A DNA stretch of 64,000 nt, taken from contig JBBPEB010000007.1 of the NCBI GenBank assembly GCA_039096225.1, positions 1,240,001-1,304,000 on the forward strand, given 5' to 3'. Every line of letters begins with the position of its first letter. Within the stretch, counting starts at the first letter, position 1. The translations under genes and the position numbers were made by a program. The notes beneath the pieces were generated by a model. The model worked only from the letters and a program-made list of their open reading frames with translations. It did no database searches and was not told where the DNA came from. Source of the stretch: Blastocystis sp. Blastoise (taxonomy: Eukaryota > Protista > Bigyra: Opalinata). Below are positions 46,901 through 64,000 of the stretch, piece by piece.

Positions 46901-49900
46901 TCTATAATCACATTAGTCAACACTTTAGACTTATTAAGAAGACTTTACCATTTGGTCATACACTTCGACCAAAATATTTTTGTCCCTCCTTTTAACATAA
47001 TATAGATCATACACTCTAGTTTAATGAATAAAAGCTCTTATTTTGAATCTCGTCCTCTAAGTCACTCATTTTTACATTTTTTTAAATTTAAGACCCTTAG
47101 AGTTGACTTTTTGACTCAATTTTTCTACAGTGCACGAAATTCACGATTTTATATAAACTGAAGTAAAAATAAATTTTAAATAATAGTCACAACCCTTCAC
47201 ACATCCACTCTCTAAAAATTATTTTCTTTGTACTTTTGATATGTTGTAGAGCTACTACAGCTGTACACTAATTAATATCTCTAAATTTTTTATTCAAAGT
47301 CTAAGACTATGTTTTACACATTCTTTGAAATTTGACAACCTTAAACTATTTATTTAAAGCTCTTATTCATAGAATATACTTAATATATGATTCGAAACAC
47401 ATATATAAACCCTTTTACTTTTTAAGACACATTTTGTCATTTGGTCATACACTTTGACCTTCATAATTTTGACTCTTCTTTTGACATAGAATAGAGTATT
47501 ATCTTTAGTTTACTAAATAAAAGTCATTATATTGAATCTCTCACTCTAAGACCACTTAATTCACATTTTTCAAAATTGTGACACTCAAACTCATTATTTT
47601 AAAACTTTGTTTTAACTATAGTAGTTTGAGGACCTATTGATTACTATGATACAATATTAGTCCATTATAAGAAGATCGAAGAAAAATATCGATCACTCAA
47701 AAATCGTCCTCAGGAGCTCAAAATTGGCACACCTAGGTTTTTTGACCTCCTGAATCAGAATATCATGTCAAAATAAGAATCTAAATTTGACCGTTAAGGC
47801 CTCACGTGTTCAATATGAAAAAGTATTAAAAAATAGATAAATATAAAGAATAAACACGGATAACGTATATTGTGGGATTGAGAAAAAATCAAGTTTACCC
47901 CATGTTTATTTTTCAATTGTCTGGTCAACAATTTTTATCGGGATGATCCCAAAGAGCCAATCAAAAACGACTCAAAAATCATGTTTTCTGTTCTTTTATT
48001 AATAACTTTTTAAATATAAATAATATCGCTTAACCAAATATATGGTGCACAACTACATGTTATATCCTATTGAACTGTGTTTCAACGAAAAGTTAACTCC
48101 CCGTAAGTTTAGAGGAGTTGTGGGTACAAACTTGAGTATATAGTAGCCAATCAAATGAATTTTCCAAAAACTGACCAATGGGAATTTTTTTGCCTATTCT
48201 CATATATATAGTAATGATTATCAAAATATTAAATAACTTTTGAGATAAAAAATTATATATGCAAAACATAAAAAAATTAATTTTTGAAAAAAGGGTATAC
48301 TTTATAACATTAATTTCTCAGTCAATATTTAATTATTTAATATAATTTTAGCAAATAAATATAGAGAATAACACATATTAATAATATAAATTTTAACATT
48401 TAAAATTAATTAAGAAATGAGTTCAGTAGAGTCAATAGTATAACATGTTAAAAAACTGAAAATTGAAAAATCATTTTTCTAAAAATTTTCCGAAAGTTGA
48501 CAAATCAAATTCATATTTGACAATTAATTTTTACATATTTGAAAACTAGACATTATATGTATTGCATTTCTCAAAAAATTAGTCAAAAATAAGTTAGACG
48601 AGTGTATGAGTATATGCACATGTTGACTCATAATTTTGAAAAAAGTAGTTAAATATGTCCTAAACCACATATCAAAGCAATTCTATAAATATTATCACTT
48701 TATAATGAGTTTAAAGGATAAAATAATTTTGAATTGTCTGTTTGACTGTCTTAAGTGAAGAGATTCAATACACTTTTTATAAAAATGAGTATTAGAGTGT
48801 TTAATGTTTATAATAATAAAAGAATTGTTTGAAATAAAGGTGGTTGTGTGTTTGACCAAAATGTTAAAATGAGTCTATTTTTCTAAAATGGTTACAATAA
48901 GTATATATTGAGTGTTTTTAGAGTATTTTATATTAAAATCTACAATAAATAAACATTTTAAGTTGTTCAAAAAATTATTTTTTTAGAATTACAATAGTTA
49001 AGTCAAGAGATTCAAGTCACTTTTTATAATAATAATAAATAGACTTATTATAGAATATAAAATATTAAAAATTAGTTTAATTAAACATGGTTGACTGTTT
49101 GATAGGAGTGTTAAAATGGGTAAAAAGATTTTAATTGTTTCTAAAACTGTATAATACGTTTTTATGTCACTAAATACAAAATTATTATTGTTTAAAGAAT
49201 GTTTTTTGTCTTTCAAAAGAACTCATTCTTTGTAATTGTGACTTAAAACAAAAGAGATTCAAGTTATTTTTTACAAATTAAAATAATAAATTAAATATAT
49301 ATGTATATTAATATAAAATTCGTTTTAATAAAAGTGGATATGTGTATTTAAAAACGTTAAAATCTTTTAGAGTTTTTTAAAAATAACTTATTTGTTTTAT
49401 AAACTATATTTTATGTATAATAGGTAAAGTTTCCAAAGTATTTAAATCTATTTAGTTATGAAATGGAATGTAATTTTTGGTTTATATTTAGTTTTTCGTT
49501 TCATTTAATGAAATGATTTTGATAACACTATAAAAATTGAATTAAACTTGAATTAATTAATTTTAAATAATGAAAAGATAATTTCTCTATAAATATTCTC
49601 TTTTACTTAAAACGAATAGATTCTATTAATGATAAATATTAAAATAAGACTCTAATTTTTTTGTTTATTATATAAAGTAATAAATATCTTTTAATTATTA
49701 AGAGTACTTTTGTATTAATAATTCAAACTAAAATAAGTATAATAAAAGAAAAATTATAATATTTATCAAATAATATCAAGATATGATTACTATTTATATA
49801 ATTAAACATTTATTAATTGAGAAAAGCTGTATAATAAAATTTCTAAAATATTTATATAATAGTATATATAAAAGGAAAGGATAAAATATAAAAAAACAAA

Positions 49901-50900
49901 TAGATATCAAAATTATAATATTTTAAAAATAAAACAAAACAATATATGAAAAGAATAAAAAAGAATATATAATATTTTTTTAGACAAGAGAATAAGCTAT
50001 TTCTCACAATAATAATTATATAGACTAATTCAAATAAAACATAAATATTTAAAGGTAGGGTATAAGTGATAATAATATGTTTTAAAAGAAAAAGTATTTT
50101 ATAATCATATTGATATTATTTAAAATACTAAATATTTATAAAACTAAATGAATTGATAAAATACATAGAAAGTTATAAATGAAATAACAAAGAAAAGTGA
50201 ATTAATATTGAAAACTAAAAACTAAATAGAAATAGAAATAGAAATAGAAATAGAAATAGAAATAGAAATAGAAATAGAAATAGAAATAGAAATAGAAATA
50301 GAAATAGAAATAGAAATAGAAATAGAAATAGAAATAGAAATAGAAATAGAAATAGAAATAGAAATAGAAATAGAAATAGAAATAGAAATAGAAATAGAAA
50401 TAGAAATAGAAATAGAAATAGAAATAGAAATAGAAATAGAAATAGAAATAGAAATAGAAATAGAAATAGAAATAGAAATAGAAATATGAATAAGATCAAA
50501 ACTAAAACACAAGAGCTAATCAATTATCATTAATAAACAATAAATATATATAATCAATAATAAAAATAGCTAAAATAATACTAAATAAAAAAGGAAATAA
50601 TACTCAAAAAATGTAATATAAAATGTTAAATAGGAATTATGAATAAATTGTGAATTAAATTATTTAGAATATACTAAACTAATAACTAAACAATAGAAGA
50701 TAACAACTAAAACAATTGAAATAATAATTTATAAAATATGAAATAGTCTTCATCCTAAAAATAAAAAAATAGAAATGAATAACAAAAACATAAAAATAAA
50801 CATAATATTTAAAAAAAAATCAACATAAAATATAATAATTAAGAGATGACAACTATCAAAACTCAAGCGTAGGCTGGCGTAGCCAGTCGTGAAACGCTTG
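43921..50900 (+). mobile_element. Non-autonomous Helitron-like element, family A, copy 3 (contains a nested Helitron)
   Basis: Reverse complement of 39645-43867 (one homopolymer indel noticed) apart from the 45460-48217 insertion; A|T target. Confidence 0.8.
45460..48217 (-). mobile_element. Canonical non-autonomous Helitron (family B, 2758 bp)
   Basis: Minus strand begins TC (TCATTACTATATATATG) and ends CTAG; GC-rich subterminal hairpin CCGCaGGTCCGG..CCGGACCGCGG at 45471-45505; the empty site in the other palindrome arm (42328/42329) shows A|T insertion with no TSD. Confidence 0.92.
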
Positions 50901-51035
50901 TTATTCTTTACTTTATTTACTTTCTAATGGAAATCTTATGCCTTGTTAAAACATTCTAGAATATTCTAGAATCTTTAATTTATTATATTAATATTTTGTA
51001 TAATTAATTTGTTTTGTTTATTATTTAATACTATA

Positions 51036-51191
51036 ATGACAAAGAAACGATTTGGCAATTACTACTTAGATCGTAGTGCAGAAATTTTAGAGAATGTAAA
51101 TGAAATACTGTCAGTTATTGAAATTGTTCTTATTATTATATATATTTTACTTTACTTTTATATGTCCAAGAAACGTTCTAGAACATTCTAG
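51036..51191 (+). CDS. Small viral membrane protein candidate (51 aa)
   Basis: MTKKRFG.. with hydrophobic ILSVIEIVLIIIYILLYFY; 4-unit HSE upstream (50953-50972) and TTGTTTTGTT downstream. Confidence 0.45.
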   Translation: MTKKRFGNYYLDRSAEILENVNEILSVIEIVLIIIYILLYFYMSKKRSRTF

Positions 51192-51293
51192 AACATTCAT
51201 TTTGAACTGGCTCTATTTGTAGAATCTTTAATTTATTATATTAGTATTTTATATAATTAATTTGTTTTGTTTAATCATTGGTTAATTTAAATA

Positions 51294-51668
51294 ATGAACA
51301 AGAAATATCTTAGTTATTCTTATTTTTGTCGTGTGATGAAGAATCTAAAAGAAGAAGGAATTAAATCCAAAAAGAATGAAATAGCAAATCTATTAGAACA
51401 ATTTTTAAATAATAATAACAACAAGAATCTTAGTGATTTGCAATTGAGTTACTGTAGAAACATGTTACTTTATATAGATGATCCTGTGATTCATCAACGT
51501 CTTGAAATGCTATTGGATAAACAATATATGAAGAATGAGAATCAATATCAAGATGATAAGAATCTTATTCAACCCAATAATATGTTTATGCCAACTATGA
51601 AAAGTAATCAACAACAAAATCAATATCAAAATAATAATAATAATCTATCTTTCTTACCTTTTAATTAA
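51294..51668 (+). CDS. Viral hypothetical protein (124 aa)
   Basis: ATG ORF with N/Q-rich tail; 5-unit HSE at 51175-51199 upstream. Confidence 0.6.
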   Translation: MNKKYLSYSYFCRVMKNLKEEGIKSKKNEIANLLEQFLNNNNNKNLSDLQLSYCRNMLLYIDDPVIHQRLEMLLDKQYMKNENQYQDDKNLIQPNNMFMPTMKSNQQQNQYQNNNNNLSFLPFN

Positions 51669-51734
51669 TTTTTATATCCTTTTATTACTAGTTGTTTAGT
51701 TATTAAAATTATTAAACAAAACAAATATTAAAAA

Positions 51735-52670
51735 TTATTCAATTAATTTTTTAAATAAATTATTATTTTCTAAAGATACATAAGAATTAATATGTGTATA
51801 ATCATTATGACATAAAGCAGAAGCAGAATTTTCTATATCTTGGAATGTATTGGTTGTAGTTGTAGCATATAATTTTCTTAATGCATTAATGGTTAATTTT
51901 GGATGGATTTGTTTTAAATGCTTATTCACAAACCAATCAAATGCTTTAGTAGTAAATCCAGTTCTTACAGAAGATTCAAATATAAATTTACGATTTGGAT
52001 TTCTTTTTAAGAGTAATTCTAGATCTTCAATCAATTCTTTTGGTGCATCTAATTGAATTGTAGAGTATTTACCAGCAGTTTTATAATCATTCAATAGAAT
52101 AGAACCAGTGTGTTTCTCTTTATCATAAACAATATAATTCTTATGAATAACTGGATCAATAGTATCTTCTGGAGTTAGAATGAATAATTGAGCATAATCA
52201 GCACGAGCAGGAGGAAGATAGGAGTAAAAATCTAATATTAATCGTAATGGATTATAATTTTCTAATTTATCGTGATATTCATGTAAATATGGAGTCGTAA
52301 TACCATCTTTAATAAGATCTTGAATCAAAGTACGTTTCTTATTATCCAGATATTTTTCATACATTGAATTGATAATCACATAAAATTCACACCATTTATT
52401 TAAAATACCTTCTTTATTTAATGAAGAAACATTACGTATAATAAATAATATCAATTCACATAACGATTTCATTGGACTAATTTTGATTTTACGTTCATTT
52501 ACCATATAATCCATGAATGAATAAGGATTCTTTAAGAATTCTGAGAACTTTTTAAATGGTAATGGGAAAATATATAAATTGAAATAATTGGTTAAACGTT
52601 TTTTCCAAATATCAGAATAATTTGAATTCTGTATAACCAAAAGATACTTGTCATAATTTGTATTTTTCAT
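51735..52670 (-). CDS. Tyrosine recombinase 2 (PLV/virophage type)
   Basis: YSYLPPARADY (R), LNDYKTAGKY (K), TINALRKLYAT, ALCHNDYTHINSY (H..Y); first ATG at 52670. Confidence 0.85.
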   Translation of the reverse strand: MKNTNYDKYLLVIQNSNYSDIWKKRLTNYFNLYIFPLPFKKFSEFLKNPYSFMDYMVNERKIKISPMKSLCELILFIIRNVSSLNKEGILNKWCEFYVIINSMYEKYLDNKKRTLIQDLIKDGITTPYLHEYHDKLENYNPLRLILDFYSYLPPARADYAQLFILTPEDTIDPVIHKNYIVYDKEKHTGSILLNDYKTAGKYSTIQLDAPKELIEDLELLLKRNPNRKFIFESSVRTGFTTKAFDWFVNKHLKQIHPKLTINALRKLYATTTTNTFQDIENSASALCHNDYTHINSYVSLENNNLFKKLIE

Positions 52671-52757
52671 TGATTTTCTCAAGTAGAATCTCTAAAACTT
52701 CTATTTTCAAAAGAATAATACATAAGAAAATCAAAATAAAATATCTAAGATTCTCAT

Positions 52758-52807
52758 GTTCTCGAATGTTCTAGAAGTTTCGAGAATGTTCTAGAATATT
52801 CTAGAAA
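52758..52807. promoter_or_regulatory. HSE array (10 pentamers) upstream of recombinase 2
   Basis: TTCtcGAAtgTTCtaGAAgtTTCgaGAAtgTTCtaGAAtaTTCtaGAA. Confidence 0.8.
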
Positions 52808-52972
52808 ATTGATATACATGCCGCCACATAAAACCACTGGAACACAATTAGTTTCCCCAGTTTCCCTATTATAATTGTGTTTTTGTGTTCCAAAATCCCT
52901 CATTTTTACAATTTTAAGCAATTTGATTGGACAATTCACGATGACGCATCCTATTTCCATAACGGTTACCCT

Positions 52973-53662
52973 TGTTTCCAAAAGTCTCTCGTTATAATCG
53001 TGGTGGTGGGTACATCTTTTTACAAGACCACACCACCACCAGCTTTTCTTTCACCCACTATAAATACATACCTTGATCACTTTACTCTTTTTATATAAAT
53101 TTTTTTATGATTATCATGACTTTTTATATTATTTATTGATCACTATACATACATTTTTATTTTTATATATTCCCGTGATTATTTTTATTATTTCTTTTTA
53201 GATAGAACCATCCATTTCATCTTTTCTCTATATAAAGGGAGGGTCGGGGTGTGTGTTTATTTAGCACATTCTGTGCTTCTTTTCGTATTTCTTTCTGTAT
53301 TCCCGTGATTATTTTACTCACTTTACCAACGATGGAGTCATTTTCCATGAATATTCCCTGTAAAGGGGAGGGTTGGACTGTGTATTTTATTTCTTTTATG
53401 ATTACTATGAGTTTCTCCTTGATCACTTTACGTTTCACGTTGGAATCGGAACACAAATAAATTAAAAATAAATAAACATGGGAAAAATAAATACACACAC
53501 ACACTACCCTACACTCCCATGGTTATTTTACTTCAGAAATGTTATTAATTCTTCCGTCGAGAACAAAAAGGGGGATGTCTTCCCCGCTTATGGCTGCGCG
53601 CGTCGCGCAGACTCTATGCGGGGTTTGCATACCCCCTTCTGCAGTTCGAAGAACGGAAGAAT
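52973..53662 (-). repeat. Right terminal inverted repeat of the viral element
   Basis: Reverse complement of 17023-17714. Confidence 0.95.
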
Positions 53663-54507
53663 TATTAACATGACTCATTTACATAATAATTTTCATTTAA
53701 TAACACAACAAAATATTTTCTGATTTTGACTCAAATATTGTTGTGTCAACTCATAGAGTTATCTACAAGACTTGAAATGATTATATAAACAATAGTTTAA
53801 CAATAAAAACCTTTAGAAACTAATATTGAAAAAGTTGACTTAATTATGACTCTTATCTATTTGTTTTGAATAATAGAGATCATAGTTGCATTACAAGTAA
53901 CTCTCTACACATATACACATAATAAACAACAAACAACTCTGACCTCACTAATGAACTGATCCTGAAGACTCGGTCAAAACTAATAAATTTTTGTATTTCT
54001 ATACCTTATACACCACAATAAGTCATTATTCATTGTCTATTGCCTAAATAGACTCAAAATGAAAATTCAAAAACTCAACTTTTATCAAAAATTTCTCAAA
54101 GTCGATGAAAAACAGTCAACCTTTTGCATTTTTTGAATTTTCTAAAAAAAAATGGTTTTCCCCATGGGAGACTAACCTTTTTGACTGGAAAAAAATTACC
54201 AAATTTTTCCGTACCTGCTAGTGCATGATTCGAATGTTTTTTTGCATTATGTGTTTTTTAATAATCAGTGAGTTGAGATACACATAGTAATTTACTTAGA
54301 AGCCACTAAAGTATTCAAACAAGAAGTATACAAAAAGAAAAAGAAAAACCTGCTTTTTCTATAGTTGAAAACACAATTAACGGTGACACATCCCTCAAAG
54401 AATAATGACCAACCGTTGGAAGGAAAAAAAATTATATTCGGTAAAAATGTTTCATCAGAGTTAAAGATCACAATTGTCTCCATTAAAAATATTTATTTAT
54501 TGAACTC

Positions 54508-55605
54508 ATGCTCTTTCTGCTTATTTATGTATATCTAAAGTATTTCCATTTCGTTATCCATTGTCTAGGCAATACTAATTGTGGGTCTTTGCCAAGCTTA
54601 TGTTGTTAACAACAATCCTCAGTTAATCACTCCCTTCTACATACATCAAGAAGATATTTATATGAATACTGATTACTTCATGTTGAATCGAAAGAAATAT
54701 AAGAATATTTTGAATGTAGAATTAAAGTTCCAGAGATATCATTCACCGACACGATTTGATGGAGGTCTTGCTGTATTTGAATCAATCGTCTTGCTTTTAT
54801 TTTTGTTATGTATATAGGTTTTAATAGCAGATCATAATGTGGCTCAACATCTAGGATATCAAATTCATGATAAAAATTATTTTTGTTGTACTGATGAGCT
54901 TTATAAAGTATGTTTTTGGTTTTCATTTTATATAAAAGTGTTTAGGAGAATATTTGTCCAGAAAAGAATCATCTTATCTTAAACAATATAACTCAAGAGT
55001 CTTATTATGACTTGAATTATATTGATATTGATGATCGATCTCCGTTTTCTATGAATTCATATATAAAACATACAGGATTATATTCTATTGTTATAGCTAC
55101 GTATATTATTATATATATTATTATATATATTATTATATATATTATTTATATATTTATTTTTAATACTTTAATATATATATTATTTATATATTTTATATTA
55201 TATATATTATTTATATATTTTATATTATATATATTATTTATATATTTATTTTTAATACTTTAATATATATATTATTTATATATTTTATATTATATATATT
55301 ATTTATATATTTATTTTTAATACTTTAATATATATATTATATATATATATAGATGTGAGAGTACACCACCAAATATGGAGGTTCAAGTAAAATATACTGT
55401 GTATAATCACTATGGTCATCTTCCCTCTACTCTGTATCCTCAACTATACTTTGATATAGCTGTATTCTCCTTCTTTTTCATATTTATTATTTTTTGGTGT
55501 GTTTTGTGTTATCGACGTTATGAATGTATTATTCCATCTCTTCATTATTCTATACTTGTATCTAATTTATATTCTTATAATTATATATATTATTTATTTA
55601 TATAT

Positions 55606-55656
<51 letters not shown>

Positions 55657-55837
55657 TTATTATTTATACTATAGTTTATAAATCTTGGATATTTTGTCGT
55701 CTACTTACTTCATTTTGTTTATTTATATCTCTATAATAATTCAGGTATTTCTCCTCTTCCTATTCTATATACTCTCCTTGGAGTTCAAATCATCACTAAA
55801 ATATTCCTTAAAATCATCTGTTTGGGCTGCTCTATGG

Positions 55838-55897
<60 letters not shown>

Positions 55898-56717
55898 CAT
55901 TTCTATTCCTTATATAGCCGATTTAATAATAATAATTACATTGATATATTAATATATCATTGCTATTTCTTACATAATTTATTCAATAATAATAATAATA
56001 ATATATATATGTATAGTATGTATTACCATACAAAGCAGTTCAATTGGCGCCATTCTATTCTCCTTCTGTTTTTCTGTCTCTATAGTATTATATATATGAC
56101 TATCGATATTCCTACTTCCATTATAAAGCAACAAAACGCACTCATCTATATACCTCCTTCTACTATATAGTATATATATATATATATAAACTGTAAGTAT
56201 AATCTATATTTTTTTCTATATATATAATGTTATATCTAAATATTTATAGTGTTGATTTCTTCCTTATTATCTGCTCTTTCATCTTACAGAAAAAATCAAC
56301 TAATTTCTTAAAAGAACAAATTGATCAATATTTTTATCATACTCAAAAGAAGTTCATTCTCTATTTATATATCTTCAGCTTCTTCTATCTCTGTTGTTTC
56401 CTCTCTAATCAAATCATACTCAATTATATGGATATATCTGTATTCTATAATTATCTCTGGTTTCTTAATGATAATATCTGGGATGTTTTCGATGTCTTAT
56501 TCCTTCTTATTATTGTAGTATATATATAATATCTATTATAACTATTACCCTTGTTATCACTATTATTATATTCATTGCAACTATTCTAACTATTCTACTA
56601 ACTTATTCCTCTATATATATATAGATAATATGGTATCCGGTTACTTCATATTATGAAGATTATGATTCAGACAGTGAAATCATTAAAGATATCAACGACC
56701 TCACCATAGTCATCTAA
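54508..56717 (+). CDS. Multi-exon TMEM87/GPR107-like (GOST) seven-transmembrane protein
   Basis: Luminal domain (..IKHTGLYSIVIAT|CES..) then YNHYGHLPSTLYPQLYF, WCVLCYR..LHYSIL and further hydrophobic exons ending IIWYP..DLTIVI*. Start and exon boundaries approximate. Confidence 0.6.
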
Positions 56718-57214
56718 TGCGCCTTATATATATATATATATATTCAGAAAAGGCACAATTTATTTATATGAATACAGTCTCTTTTCCATCATCGTTTATT
56801 TTCTTATCATTCTGATGGAATATAAATATCTATATATATCTATATATCAACTTTTGTTTACGTTTGTGTTTTTCAAAAACGTATTTCTTTTATAGTTCCG
56901 ATTAGTTCATTACTAATTTCTTTCGTTTTCTTGTTTCTTGTTCAATTTTTGTCAATTATCTTCATTATTGTTTGTTTTCTTTTTTGTTTTCATTTCATTC
57001 ACCTCAGTCTTTATCCTAAATATGTCATTTGCAAAATTCTATTATCTTCATGCTTTATATATGTAAAAAACTCATTTAATTCTATAAAACTAGCGTTCTA
57101 AAAATAAATCTAGTTATAGAACCAGTACTTAAGAATAACCATGATTATAATTTTTTACTCATAAAATTATTCTTTTCTTCCATTTTTTATTTACTTCATA
57201 TTAGATAAATTAAA

Positions 57215-64000
<6,786 letters not shown>

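Larger units (their letters stand above)
39153..50949 (+). pseudogene. Adenain/Ulp1-like cysteine protease split by Helitron-like insertions (segments ..39644, 43868-43920, 50901-50949)
   Basis: Joined segments read in frame: ..NGHFEAVIYNGNKNIEHYSSLGNKP..NHNIQ|YNPIQHQKTTSNANGCFY|YSLLYLLSNGNLMPC*, with His, Gln and Cys in adenain order. Confidence 0.85.
17023..53662. mobile_element. Endogenous Polinton-like virus / virophage-like element (tyrosine recombinase + D5 primase-helicase type)
   Basis: Bounded by ~690 bp TIRs; dense intronless ORFs unlike host genes; packaging ATPase, capsid-like, penton-like, protease, primase-helicase and recombinase motifs. Confidence 0.92.

Noticed and set aside
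39645-50900. A single foldback/TIR transposon, or an assembly fold-back artefact
   Set aside because: The spacer is in-frame protease sequence, both copies have their own A|T junctions, and only one arm carries the nested Helitron.
17023-53662. Classical Maverick/Polinton
   Set aside because: No protein-primed polB, no RVE integrase, no 6-bp TSD and no AG...CT termini seen.

Overview
Very AT-rich eukaryotic (protist-like) genomic window. Intron-rich host genes lie at both ends: a small heat-shock protein, a HOOK-like coiled-coil gene, an MRH/EGF membrane protein and a PPR protein at 1-11 kb; a TMEM87/GPR107-like gene and a large multi-exon gene at 54.5-64 kb. Between them is a ~43 kb accessory island. 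Its core is an apparently complete endogenous Polinton-like/virophage-like DNA virus (17023-53662; ~25.4 kb once insertions are removed). It has ~690 bp terminal inverted repeats ending in GC-rich ~115 nt hairpins. It encodes an A32-type packaging ATPase, two tandem major-capsid-like paralogs, two penton-like proteins, a D5-type primase-helicase, a putative SSB, two tyrosine recombinases, GxG-rich core-like proteins and an adenain-like protease; I see no protein-primed polB or retroviral integrase. Three features stand out. (1) Long perfect heat-shock-element arrays (nTTCnnGAAn) precede the non-structural genes but not the capsid genes, suggesting a stress-inducible, prophage-like switch run by host HSF. 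(2) An A_AAA_AAC slippery site plus stem-loop predicts a retrovirus-like -1 frameshift fusing the core polyprotein to the protease. (3) The protease is split by two near-identical Helitron-like elements inserted 53 bp apart in opposite orientation around the catalytic Cys codon, forming an 11 kb palindrome, with a third canonical Helitron nested in one arm; removing them restores the frame exactly. Protein family calls are from motif recognition by eye, without database searches.
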